Origin: an uncultured Methylococcales bacterium
GTDB lineage: Bacteria > Pseudomonadota > Gammaproteobacteria > Methylococcales > G963664935
Reading direction: 5' to 3'
DNA length: 64,000 bases
Assembly (NCBI GenBank): GCA_964653275.1
Contig: CAZZET010000007.1
Location: forward strand, 13,983-77,982
How positions within the stretch are numbered: position 1 is the stretch's first letter; each line of letters begins with the position of its first letter. The position numbers were made by a program, and so were the translations under genes. Below the pieces are notes generated by a model. That model was not told the origin of the DNA. It worked only from the letters and a program-made list of their open reading frames with translations, and did no database searches. This document shows, in pieces, positions 30,158-40,447 of this stretch.

Positions 30158-30431
30158 TTTAGTAATCCAGAGATATAGGTCTTTTCATAATAATAGATCG
30201 ACAATCGGTAACTTTTTTCTACGTAAACAAGGTTCGTCACAGAACCGGATAAATTGCTCGCTCTGAACTGACAAAACAGCATTAGACACACTTAAAGACA
30301 AGTATAAATAGGGCTCATAACCTTATGTAATCTAAATACAAATAGATTATTACACTCAATGATTTTACACATTATGTGGAGACAAACAAGGATTACCTCG
30401 CGGAAAAACAAAAACCTTGCTTCAAACAAAT

Positions 30432-31589
30432 TCAAACCAATGTTTTTAAGCCCATGACAAGTCGATCCATACCTTCCTCAACAGTAGCCTGTTGTAACGA
30501 CCCATAAGCAACACGAAAATAACATCCGTCTTGAATCCCAAATGCCGACCCCGGAATCGCTGCGATTCGAAACTGAGTAATAAGCGCCCTCAATAAACTC
30601 ATATCGTCTTGGTCAGTATGCACTCGCAATAGCATGTAGAAAGCCCCTTCCGCGCTCGGCATATCTATTACCTGACCCAAACTCTTGAGTTTTTCCAATG
30701 CACTGCGTCTAACCTTTTCGATAATCTTGATTCGTTCGTCCCTATAAGCGCTTCCTTCAAGCGTTGCGCCCAACGCCACAAGTTGTGAAACAACAGGTGG
30801 ACAAATTAAAATTGTATCTTGAATTTTTCGAACCGCACCGTAAAGATGTTCGGGAATAACCATATATCCGATTCTCCAACTAGCAAAACCATAGCTTTTG
30901 GATAAAGAATACAAGGAAATCGTATAGTTCACTGCATGTGGCATAGATCCAGGCGAAAAATGCCGATTACCTTCGAAAACAAAATGCTCGTATGCTTCAT
31001 CACAAATATGATAAATGCCATGTTCTCGACACAATTCGTTAATGTTTTGGAGTGTTGATTGGGAATAGACAGCACCAGTGGGATTGTTTGGCGAAATAGT
31101 CACAATCGCTTTAGTTTTTTCTGTAATCGCATCTGCTACCTTGCCGACATTCCAATGAAAATCTGCCTGAGTCTTTACCAAAACGGGTTTGCAGCCCGCC
31201 ATGGTAACTGCCATTTCATGATTAAAATAATACGGTGATTGCAAAATCACTTCATCCCCATGATCAGCAATAGCGAGAATAGCGTTATAAAACCCCATAT
31301 TCGAACCCGCAGTAACTACAATCCGGTTTTTACCGCTGACTTCTAACAAGTTTTCAACCAAAAGTTTTTTCGAAATGGCCTGGCGTAACCAGGATTCCCC
31401 ATCGACTACACCATATTTGTGGGTCGTAGAATCACCCAAACATTCCCGTATTTTGTCAAACGCCAGGGGAGGCGGACCATAATAAACCACGCCTTGTCCA
31501 AGAGAAATCGTTCCAGGATTCAATCGGATCAATTCCGCGACTGTAGGTATAATAGGTTGTTGAACCGCCTGAATTCGATGGCCTTCCAT
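30432..31589 (-). CDS. PLP-dependent class I/II aminotransferase
   Basis: ISPNNPTG, DEAY and SLSKSYGFASWRIG (PLP lysine). Confidence 0.93.
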   Translation of the reverse strand: MEGHRIQAVQQPIIPTVAELIRLNPGTISLGQGVVYYGPPPLAFDKIRECLGDSTTHKYGVVDGESWLRQAISKKLLVENLLEVSGKNRIVVTAGSNMGFYNAILAIADHGDEVILQSPYYFNHEMAVTMAGCKPVLVKTQADFHWNVGKVADAITEKTKAIVTISPNNPTGAVYSQSTLQNINELCREHGIYHICDEAYEHFVFEGNRHFSPGSMPHAVNYTISLYSLSKSYGFASWRIGYMVIPEHLYGAVRKIQDTILICPPVVSQLVALGATLEGSAYRDERIKIIEKVRRSALEKLKSLGQVIDMPSAEGAFYMLLRVHTDQDDMSLLRALITQFRIAAIPGSAFGIQDGCYFRVAYGSLQQATVEEGMDRLVMGLKTLV

Positions 31590-31632
31590 TGTGTCTATAA
31601 ATTGATTCGAAATAAGATGCGTGATAGCTTAA

Positions 31633-32109
31633 ATGCCTACTTTACCAGAACCGTCCGATAAGAATAATTTTTTAGCTGAGCACTTAAAAATTCTAAGCGA
31701 CAGCCTGACCCAATGGACCGGGCGTAACTTAATTGATGCGGCATTGTCCCCATGCGAAGCGGCACACAGGATATATTTCGCCGATTTCGCCTTGGTTTCC
31801 CATAATACAGCGGGAGATCCCGTATTCAATTATGGAAACCATACAGCTTTAAACCTGTTCGAGATGGATTGGTCCGAATTCACCAACTTGCCCTCTCGAC
31901 TGTCCGCCGAACCGATAAATCGCGAACAGCGTGCGGCGCTACTTTCCCAAGTAAGTAAATACGGTTACATAGAAAACTACCAAGGCATCCGAATTTCCCG
32001 CTCACAAAAAAGATTTTTGATCAAAGACGCATTAGTATGGAATGTACTGGACGCTACCGGCAATGCTTATGGCCAAGCTGCGTTTTTCCGCAATTGGAGC
32101 TATTTATGA
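31633..32109 (+). CDS. Stand-alone MEKHLA-domain (PAS-like) protein
   Basis: ALVSHNTAGDPVFNYGN...LPSRLSAE...Y.GIRIS..KRF.I..A.VWN pattern. Confidence 0.88.
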   Translation: MPTLPEPSDKNNFLAEHLKILSDSLTQWTGRNLIDAALSPCEAAHRIYFADFALVSHNTAGDPVFNYGNHTALNLFEMDWSEFTNLPSRLSAEPINREQRAALLSQVSKYGYIENYQGIRISRSQKRFLIKDALVWNVLDATGNAYGQAAFFRNWSYL

Positions 32110-32326
32110 TGGTGTAACACTTCAGGAGACTGATGCTCAGTCGCAGCACCAAAAGGGACGTCGTAACTCGCTATGCGTTAACATCCAGGATGCGTACCTA
32201 AAATCTCATTGTAAACCTCGACACTTTTTGCACCAACCTGAATTTCTAATGTTGCTTCCTTGGCATCGACCAAACCTTTAGCAAGGTCTGGTGTATTTCC
32301 CCAATAGATTTGTTGAATCCTCGCTT

Positions 32327-33670
32327 TTAAAATGCGGGATATTCGTCATGAAAATATGTTCTTTCCTTATAGTTTTTGGCCACAAACAAAAATAATATAG
32401 CTGTAATCAACATTAGAACAGTAAAAAACCAATAGTAGTCAGCACCTGCTAATTTACTTGTTCCGTCTTCATTTTGAATAAAGAAATTCACAGCACTGGT
32501 GAATAGGTTTCCCAACGCTACCGACAACATGAAAAAGGCCATAATAAATGACTTCATTGTTTTTGGTGCCTGGGTATACGAAAATTCTAAGCAGGTGATA
32601 GAAACCATGACTTCTGCCGAAGTCAAAATCAAATATGCTAACAGCTGCCAACCAATGTGCGGAACCTGACCGAGATCAAGTCGCATTTGAACCCAGGCAG
32701 GTATTGCGAATGCTACCGCAGTCAAGAACAAGCCTATTGAGATTTTACGCACCGCCGTCAGTTGGACAACCCGCTGTAATGCAGGATAAACTCCATACGA
32801 AAAAAGCGGTACCAGCAACATGATTAACAATGGGTTAGCTGCCTGTATCTGAGATGGAAGGACTTCATATCCCATAATCATTCTATCCATTTTTTGGGCT
32901 TGCAATACCCATGACGAGCCAGTTTGATCGAATAATGCCCAAAACATCGCTACAAACAGGTAAATTATCCCTAGTCGTACAACTATCTTCAACCCTTCCT
33001 GGCTGAAAGCCTCATTAAGAAATACCATTCCACCGGGTCGTATATGAGCAAAACGATGACGACCAGACCAAAACGTAATCGTTGCCATTACCATCAAGAT
33101 TCCTGGCACAGCGAACGCCACCTCTGAGCCGTATTGCTTAAGTAGCCAGGGAGTCACTAGCATGGACGAGAACGCTCCCAAATTAATAGCAAAATAAAAC
33201 CAACCATAAACTCGACCCAGGAGGTGAGCATTCGAATGCCCAAATTGGTCTCCCAGGTGAGCTGAAACACAGGGCTTAATACCCCCAGCCCCAAGCGCAA
33301 TTAGTGTTTGTCCAATAAACAACCCAACCCTAGAATCGTCAATAGCCAAGGCAAAATGCCCCAAACAATAAACCAAGGACAAAGCGATAATTGTACGATA
33401 CTTTCCCAAAATGCCATCGGCAATCAACGCACCCACAATTGGCGTTAAATAAACTGCAGAAACGAAAAGATGAAAATACCCCTTGGCTGCGTCCTCGCTC
33501 ATAACGTCAAGCCGTCCTGCTGAGTTAAGAAGGTATTGAGTCATGAAGACCACCAAGATAGCGCGCATACCATAATAGCTGAAACGTTCCGCGACTTCGT
33601 TGCCAATAATAAATGGGATCCCGGGTGGAATATTAGGACTTGCTAAGGGTGCCGTTCTATAATTATTCAT
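32327..33670 (-). CDS. POT/PTR family proton-dependent oligopeptide transporter (MFS)
   Basis: EVAERFSYYGMR (ExxERFxYY), GAGGIKP and FYFAINLG. Confidence 0.93.
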   Translation of the reverse strand: MNNYRTAPLASPNIPPGIPFIIGNEVAERFSYYGMRAILVVFMTQYLLNSAGRLDVMSEDAAKGYFHLFVSAVYLTPIVGALIADGILGKYRTIIALSLVYCLGHFALAIDDSRVGLFIGQTLIALGAGGIKPCVSAHLGDQFGHSNAHLLGRVYGWFYFAINLGAFSSMLVTPWLLKQYGSEVAFAVPGILMVMATITFWSGRHRFAHIRPGGMVFLNEAFSQEGLKIVVRLGIIYLFVAMFWALFDQTGSSWVLQAQKMDRMIMGYEVLPSQIQAANPLLIMLLVPLFSYGVYPALQRVVQLTAVRKISIGLFLTAVAFAIPAWVQMRLDLGQVPHIGWQLLAYLILTSAEVMVSITCLEFSYTQAPKTMKSFIMAFFMLSVALGNLFTSAVNFFIQNEDGTSKLAGADYYWFFTVLMLITAILFLFVAKNYKERTYFHDEYPAF

Positions 33671-33868
33671 GTTCGAAAGGTTAACACAGACACACCAATT
33701 TGCTCATATTGGGGTGAAACGAATATTACTGATGGTATTTCAGTGCTTACTACTGTTAAATTTTAAAAAAGGCGAACTTATTTTCCCTTTTTAATCGCTA
33801 ATGTCCCTGCAGTTAGTAAAGATTTCTTAAATGGGTATTTTAGGTTTGTCGAATATTGGGTTAACCCG

Positions 33869-34507
33869 GTGCTCAACAAAAAGAGTAACAAACAACCCTA
33901 TCCCAAACTTATGAATCAATTCCAACAACATCATCAAAACCTACTTGCCTGCCGCGCCTGCCCAAACATGGTTGGTCCAGTAGTTAGCGGCAATGCCATA
34001 GCATCACCCGTACTCATGGTCGGCCAGGCACCTGGCGCGCGCGAGGGTGAAATGGGAAAACCATTCGCCTGGACAGCAGGAAAAACCTTGTTCAAATGGT
34101 TTGCTTCGATAGGTATGGCAGAACAAGATTTTCGTCTACGTGTATACATGGCTGCCGTATGTCGCTGCTTTCCTGGCAAAAATCCCAAAGGCGGTGATCG
34201 CGTTCCCAACCCACAAGAAATTCAACGGTGCAGCAAATGGCTGCATGCCGAAATCGATCTATTACAACCCAAATTGATAATTCCAGTTGGTAAACTCGCG
34301 ATCAGCCAATTTCTTGAGATAAACAAACTAGTCGATATCATTGGGCAACTGCAACAAGTCACTTTACAAGGCCAAGCCATCGACCTTATTGCCCTTCCAC
34401 ACCCTTCCGGCGCTTCTACTTGGCACCGCCGAGAACCTGGCATTTACCTACTGAAAGAAGCACTCAAAAAAATCCAACAACACCCTGCGTGGGCAGCTAG
34501 ATTGTAA
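33869..34507 (+). CDS. Uracil-DNA glycosylase superfamily protein
   Basis: VGQAPG, PF, RCFPG and HPSG motifs with N-terminal CxxC. The true start is probably downstream of 33869. Confidence 0.85.
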   Translation: MLNKKSNKQPYPKLMNQFQQHHQNLLACRACPNMVGPVVSGNAIASPVLMVGQAPGAREGEMGKPFAWTAGKTLFKWFASIGMAEQDFRLRVYMAAVCRCFPGKNPKGGDRVPNPQEIQRCSKWLHAEIDLLQPKLIIPVGKLAISQFLEINKLVDIIGQLQQVTLQGQAIDLIALPHPSGASTWHRREPGIYLLKEALKKIQQHPAWAARL

Positions 34508-34574
34508 TCCGCATACATCAACTTCTTACCCATCCATACTATTCCCTATAGCCTGCATTTCTCAATAGATACGC

Positions 34575-34739
34575 TAGGAGGCTTTCCAAGAATAGGAACC
34601 GTAGCGAGGGAAAGATGGTTTGAGCGTGATTTTTTCATTATTTGAGGCGAATACTGGCTGTATTTAACGAAAATAATGGGGAAATCAGGCCAAATCCAAC
34701 TTTTCCGCAGTAGGTTCTCTATTCTCGGAAAGCCTGCTA
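34575..34739. mobile_element. MITE-like element, 165 bp
   Basis: Terminal inverted repeats TAGgAGGCTTTCCaAGAATAG and TAGcAGGCTTTCCgAGAATAG (19/21), TA at both ends, no ORF, located between convergent genes. Confidence 0.7.
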
Positions 34740-34800
34740 AGTACGCTGGTTAGAAATACTGGGACCTACTCCCACACTTAAATCCGGGATCGAAAAACCA

Positions 34801-34995
34801 CTATTTATTGACACTACCACATTCAATACAACGATATTGTGGCTCACGACCGGTAATATTAAACACCCAGAAAAATATCCAAATTCCGAATGTTAGAAGA
34901 GTCAATAATATATGAATACCGATGGGTGCTGACACTTGTTCGTGTGATGTTGATTTGTTACACCTTTTACACTCTTTCATTGTTTTTTCTGACAT
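34801..34995 (-). CDS. Small LITAF-like zinc-ribbon membrane protein
   Basis: CKRC, a hydrophobic segment (HILLTLLTFGIWIFFWVF), then CIEC. Confidence 0.65.
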   Translation of the reverse strand: MSEKTMKECKRCNKSTSHEQVSAPIGIHILLTLLTFGIWIFFWVFNITGREPQYRCIECGSVNK

Positions 34996-35100
34996 TTTGT
35001 TTCCTCTTCAAATTCCACGTGAAGCCATACCCAACTCGGTTTCGCGCTTTATCATACAATGTTTTTTTTAGCGTTCGCCATAAAAAATCGGAAAACTAGA

Positions 35101-35421
35101 TTTTCGCCCTTGATATACCTCAAGCAAATGCCTGTTTCCGAGATCAAGGTGGATAAAAGGTTTGTCATGAACATGCTGGCAGATGACGAAGACGAAACTA
35201 TCGTACAAATAATTATTCGCATGGCACACGAATTAGGCTTGGAACTTACTGCTGAAGGAGTGGAGAATCAAGATATAATCGACCGATTGATCGAACTCGG
35301 GTGTGATACAGTCCAGGGATATTACCTATCACGTCCTTTGCCTCTTAGCGAATTCAATCTGTGGCAGAACGCATATTCCAGCGAAACCTTCAAATCTTCC
35401 ACCGCCCACGCTGAAGAGTAA
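35101..35421 (+). pseudogene. 3' remnant of an EAL (c-di-GMP phosphodiesterase) domain gene
   Basis: LIYLKQMPVSEIKVDKRFV...TAEGVEN...GCDTVQGYYLSRPLP is present, but the EAL and DDFGTG motifs and everything upstream are missing. Confidence 0.8.
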
Positions 35422-35559
35422 GCTCAAACAATGACAATGTAGGGCGCATTCCTAAGGAGACAACGGGGCAACCCCCTATACGTCATCAGAATATACAGAC
35501 ACTCCTAAAAAAATTGCCAAAACATCAGCAAACCGTAAATTCGGCTATTTTGGCACCTC

Positions 35560-38406
35560 CTATCGTTCTAAATTTCTATTATTTCGCGTAATGCGTTCAC
35601 GGATCAGCATAAAAAACACCAATATAGCTACAGTGATAAACAAACCTAATAACGATAAATCAGGCACCTTAACCGTTTTCACTGCTTTGAGATTCCCTAT
35701 TGCCATCGCCCTAATCTCAGCATTTCCCCGGGCAAGGCCTATTACAGTAATTTCTGCAGAACCATTCGCATCAGTTATCGCCGATGACGCACTGACGGAG
35801 GCGGTCTCCGGGTTAGATGAGCTAAATGCCACTGTTACCTCCGATTGTGGCACGGTTCCTTTTTTAACCGTGACGCGAGCTATCACCGTTTCGTCGATTG
35901 AAAGTGTCTTATCAGGGTCCAAAACCAAAGATAAATTAAAGGCTCCTCCACTTTCAACCGCTCCACTTCTTTCAGGAATCGCGCTTTGACAATCAGAAAA
36001 TGATGAAACACAAATATCGTCAGTCCCAATAGCCTGCAAGGAGTAAAAATACTCTGTTCCCCCGGTTACTATATGATCTGTAAAATGGGTTGTATTTGAG
36101 GCAACCTCTGCAATAGGAAGAGCCCCCGAATCACAGCTAAACGGATTGCGGTAAACCCGATATCCCGCTGCATTCGTTACGGGTTGCCAACTCAGATCCA
36201 CCTTTCCGTCAACGTCGCTGCCGGTCGGAGCAGTCACCGACAACCCACTTGGTGCGGTAAGTTGGGGACATGTTGTATGGGTAGTCGGTGCCGAGGCACC
36301 ACAAGCGATACCATGTTTGTTAAAAGCATCCCAGATAAGATCAGCATTTGGAGTGCCATCTGTTAAATCACCATTGTCATCGTCGAGCGCAAGAAAAACT
36401 GTATACCAATTGTCCGCCCCGCAACCATCAACTGTTGCCACCGTGTTGCATTTCCCTCCAGACACCACTTGGTAAGCACTTCCCGTTTGGTAAAGAGACT
36501 CGTACCAAATTCGATCACCGAGCGCCCACCCCGCCCCATTGCCATATCGTCCGACGAAACCCTGAACCATATCCCAAACTGCGCCAGATGCAATCAGACT
36601 TTCACAGTGGCCCTCGTAACCCATGGGGCCTTGGTACGGAAAAATTCTTGATTGCCTGAAAGGACACGCCCAACGATCGCAATCGGCAGGAGCTTCCTCA
36701 ATTGTCGCTGGACTCACCTCTGGTCTGACGCTAACATCCCGTACACCGGTACACGTCTCATCACAACCTAATCGACATGCCGTTCCCGGTATAAAGTTGT
36801 TGCCTAGACAGGAATCGTGGGTCTGGAGAAACGCCATCGTATCTCCATATGCCTCACCACTCCCCTGCTCCGGCGGTGTACCGTTGGTATTATCATCTAA
36901 CGCATGACCGTACTCATGCAAAAACACTGGCGCCAGTTCGCCTGTATTCGAGCACCCACCCCCACTTTTAAAAAAATTTACCGTTCCCAAACCCGGGTTA
37001 TAACTAGCATTGCAGGTTTTATCGATATTGACAGTTACAAGCAACTTTTTATCCAACCACGACGTTGATTCCTGTGGCTGATTCAGAAACAACCGCGCTT
37101 TTTCCTTAGCCAAATTAAGATGATAATACGCCGATCTCGCCGCATGTGTATTGCCAGAACCACCGATACCAGGCGTTTGGCAGTCCGTTCCCTCACTTTT
37201 CCCAAAATCGAGATCTCCGGGACTCGACGAATTCGAAAGAGCACTATCACCACATTTGTCATTGATTTTCACATAAGGTCCTTCTATGCTTCCTGTCGCA
37301 CTAGTGTTTTCAGTGGAATAGTTAAAAACACCTGCAAGATTTGCAGCTTTGGACCCATTATTGTCGACATTAACATACGGTAATCCCCGAATGACTTCCG
37401 GATCGAGGTTGCTTACCGGATAGATACCCCCTTTTACCGTACCCGATACATTAAGCCGACGATTGATCGCATTCACCAGTTCCCCGCTATGAGCATCAAA
37501 CCATAGCTCCACACTCAAATCAGTCGTCTCTATCAAAAAACTTCTAACAAGCTTATGTTTTAGAGTACCGTCTGGAGCATTCAACGGTACAACTTGCAAA
37601 CTCTTATCTTGTTGGCCGACATCCACAACGACATTCCCAATGACTTTATTTACTGGATTTTCCATTAAGTTGAGCCCATTCGTCACAGCAACCTTTTCAG
37701 AAATGATACCTTTGGTATCAATATTCTCAGGCATAACGGCAAATTGGTTTCCGAATTGGATCAAATTCCCATGACTGATTCTGGCGAAAACGTAAGCGCC
37801 CCGGACCGGAATATTACCAAGTGTGGAATCCTTCAAAACGTATTGGTATCGTAATGACCAATAACGGTTTCGTTTTCCGAACCCTTTGCTGAGCTTATTA
37901 TCCAATAACAAATTATTTGGCTCAGTCAGCAATAACCCCTTATTCTGCTGGAGGAATTGCTGAACTAACCTTGAGATTTCCGCCAAAGAAAAAGAATCAT
38001 TTGCTGCAGTTCCTGGCTGAACAATAGCGGATTTCGTAAGATTGTTACCATTACCGGGTACTAATGGAATACCTTTCCCTTCGAGAAGGAGTGGCGCCTT
38101 GAGTCTTGAATCAAGCTCCATACGCCATTCGCCTCCATAGCGGCTCTCAAACGATGACCAGCCAGGAACCATCGACTCCGCCACGAATCCTTGAGGGATT
38201 TCTACCAGCTGTGGACGAACCTCATAAGACTCCAGATTGATTTTTTGAATAGCTTGCTGAAGTTTCAGCGGAAGGGAGGGGTCTTTAGCAGGCATCGTTA
38301 TAGCCCGTACAGACATACTGGAAAGAAGCAAATATGCTGTCAATAGGAAGAACTTCGCAACACACAAATTGCGGACATTTATTAGCTTTACGGAATAGCG
38401 ATTCAT
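35560..38406 (-). CDS. Secreted gluzincin metallopeptidase (M4/M36-like) with FN3 and Big-type Ig domains and an IPTL-CTERM-like tail
   Basis: RBS AGGAGA before ATG 38406 and a signal peptide; HEYGH plus GEAYGD; LSWQPV..A.GYRVYR (FN3); VTVAFSS...TDANGSA (Ig); C-terminal VPDLSLLGL + TM + basic tail. Confidence 0.75.
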   Translation of the reverse strand: MNRYSVKLINVRNLCVAKFFLLTAYLLLSSMSVRAITMPAKDPSLPLKLQQAIQKINLESYEVRPQLVEIPQGFVAESMVPGWSSFESRYGGEWRMELDSRLKAPLLLEGKGIPLVPGNGNNLTKSAIVQPGTAANDSFSLAEISRLVQQFLQQNKGLLLTEPNNLLLDNKLSKGFGKRNRYWSLRYQYVLKDSTLGNIPVRGAYVFARISHGNLIQFGNQFAVMPENIDTKGIISEKVAVTNGLNLMENPVNKVIGNVVVDVGQQDKSLQVVPLNAPDGTLKHKLVRSFLIETTDLSVELWFDAHSGELVNAINRRLNVSGTVKGGIYPVSNLDPEVIRGLPYVNVDNNGSKAANLAGVFNYSTENTSATGSIEGPYVKINDKCGDSALSNSSSPGDLDFGKSEGTDCQTPGIGGSGNTHAARSAYYHLNLAKEKARLFLNQPQESTSWLDKKLLVTVNIDKTCNASYNPGLGTVNFFKSGGGCSNTGELAPVFLHEYGHALDDNTNGTPPEQGSGEAYGDTMAFLQTHDSCLGNNFIPGTACRLGCDETCTGVRDVSVRPEVSPATIEEAPADCDRWACPFRQSRIFPYQGPMGYEGHCESLIASGAVWDMVQGFVGRYGNGAGWALGDRIWYESLYQTGSAYQVVSGGKCNTVATVDGCGADNWYTVFLALDDDNGDLTDGTPNADLIWDAFNKHGIACGASAPTTHTTCPQLTAPSGLSVTAPTGSDVDGKVDLSWQPVTNAAGYRVYRNPFSCDSGALPIAEVASNTTHFTDHIVTGGTEYFYSLQAIGTDDICVSSFSDCQSAIPERSGAVESGGAFNLSLVLDPDKTLSIDETVIARVTVKKGTVPQSEVTVAFSSSNPETASVSASSAITDANGSAEITVIGLARGNAEIRAMAIGNLKAVKTVKVPDLSLLGLFITVAILVFFMLIRERITRNNRNLER

Positions 38407-38977
38407 TGATTCTCTCCTTATTGCCGAACCATATTGGGTGCCGAACAACCAGATTACGCCGCTAATTTAACGCAGTTGCGCGGTATTCGAATTCACAATA
38501 TTGAGCTAGGAACCCCAATGATAGTTACCAAATTACTAGAGATAAATATTACAACTTGCTGATCACAGAGGCAAGGCATTGTTCGTAAGGGAATTATTAA
38601 TGCCTTTTTCCTAGACCATTAAACCAGGCCGATCCATCCCCTCAAAATTGCCATAATCGCATATAAACATAGAAACAAAAGGCATTACTATATCCTAAGA
38701 AGATTCGACCCTTAAGTTTTTGACACGGCTTACCCCTGCCTATCGGTAAAGCCTTGCCCTGCAATACCCCTTGAATTACGTTCAATAACTGACAACCAAA
38801 GACTTTAGGTTGCTAGAATTCCATTTTTAAGACAATCCCCAGCGAAGACTGGGAATTGAAGCTTACCTGAAAATCAAAACTCAGTAGGATTACAATCGAA
38901 ACTATTGTACAAATGCTAAAGCAATATACGTAACTCTAAGCTGCTCCCTATCGCTGCCTTTATGACGAGCATTAGAC

Positions 38978-40447
38978 CTATTTAGTAATCTGATCAATTT
39001 TCAGCAACACATCTTTATAGTCGGTTGGTCGATAATCCTGTAACCATTCCGCTAGCCAATTTGTTTTTCTGCGCGGATTGATAGACGCATCGCGTAGCAA
39101 TTCATCGTGGTAATTCCACATATGCAATTGCAACAACGCGCCTCTTCCGTAGACATCGGGCATGAAACCACGCTTCCACTGCTTCATCTCCTTTATTTCT
39201 TCCAACATCACTTGTTGACTCGGAAGCTGTACAACACCTTGTAATACCTTAACCAACCAAACTGAAGCAAGATGTGCGGTGAGAGAATTGGAAAAAGTTG
39301 ACGCCCAACCGATAAAGGCCAAATTATTTAGATCTGCACTCAATACATGCCGATAAAGGTAAACACCGTCATTGTCTAAGGACTTTTTAAATTTATCGGG
39401 CAAAAAACCAAAATGGGGTTTCCATCCGGTTCCAAATACTACAGTATCACAGGGGATACGTTCACCGTTCTCCAGAACAATACCATGGGCATAATAGGTA
39501 CTGATATTTCCCCTGCATCCCTTAATTTTTCCGCCACGCAGTAGCGAATAAGTTTCTTTACGCGGTAAAAAGGCATGGTTAAAGAAATCTTTTTCCGGAG
39601 GATCACTTGGGAGTGTATCCGTAGCAGCAAGTGGGAATTGTATCCGCAGAAGCGCTTCAACGAACCGCCAAAATCCTTTGACCAACCATGAACCATATCG
39701 ATGCAGTTTCTCGGCATATTGGCTAGGCCTCTGATAAAGCGGCATGAAACCTAAAACCAAACGATTCAAAAAAATGCGGCGAACATCAATCAAATTTAGT
39801 ACATCAACCGGGATTGGCCAGTGCGCTTGGCGATATAGCAACGTCACTTTCTTGGCATGGTGGGTCGCATCTGTAGCGATATCCAGCGCACTTTTTCCAA
39901 AGCCAACGATAACAGCTTCGTCCCCCTCTATCATATTTGAATCGGTATATTCCGACGAATGAATAACCTTTCCCAAGAATTGGTCCCGAGCTGGAATTTT
40001 GGGTACGTAGGGATTTGAGTAGAGACCGGTCGCTACGACGACAAAATCAAAAGCGTGTTGATCTAATTTTCCCGTTTTCAAGTTCTCAAAATGGAGAAGC
40101 CAGCCAACATCTTTGACCTCCTCCAGCTTATGAATTACCGTGTTGAATTGAATTTTTTCTAGCAAACCGAAATGCTTGGCATAGCTCTCAAAATAAGCCT
40201 GCAACTGCTTGCCTGTAGGAAGTCTCGGATAATGATCCGGGAATGGGAAATCTGGAACCTCGTAGAGCGTGTACGGCGTTTGTAAACCAAAAGTGTTATA
40301 CCCAACGGTCCATACCCCACCAACTTTACTGCCTTTTTCAAAGATTTCACAATCATAACCGGCGGACGACAGAAGTCTGGCCGCAGCCAATCCGGCGACC
40401 CCGGCTCCAATAATACCAATACTTTTAATTTTTGCGGAAATCCTCAT
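38978..40447 (-). CDS. Flavin-containing monooxygenase family protein
   Basis: GAGVAG, FLGKVIHSSEY (FxGxxxHSxxY), VGFGKSA and VVFGTG. Confidence 0.88.
   Translation of the reverse strand: MRISAKIKSIGIIGAGVAGLAAARLLSSAGYDCEIFEKGSKVGGVWTVGYNTFGLQTPYTLYEVPDFPFPDHYPRLPTGKQLQAYFESYAKHFGLLEKIQFNTVIHKLEEVKDVGWLLHFENLKTGKLDQHAFDFVVVATGLYSNPYVPKIPARDQFLGKVIHSSEYTDSNMIEGDEAVIVGFGKSALDIATDATHHAKKVTLLYRQAHWPIPVDVLNLIDVRRIFLNRLVLGFMPLYQRPSQYAEKLHRYGSWLVKGFWRFVEALLRIQFPLAATDTLPSDPPEKDFFNHAFLPRKETYSLLRGGKIKGCRGNISTYYAHGIVLENGERIPCDTVVFGTGWKPHFGFLPDKFKKSLDNDGVYLYRHVLSADLNNLAFIGWASTFSNSLTAHLASVWLVKVLQGVVQLPSQQVMLEEIKEMKQWKRGFMPDVYGRGALLQLHMWNYHDELLRDASINPRRKTNWLAEWLQDYRPTDYKDVLLKIDQITK

Noticed and set aside
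38700-38770. c-di-GMP-I riboswitch upstream of the peptidase gene
   Set aside because: There is a hairpin (GGCTTACC...GGTAAAGCC), but the GGCAAA-stem-GNRA-GACGCAAA consensus and the second stem are not matched.
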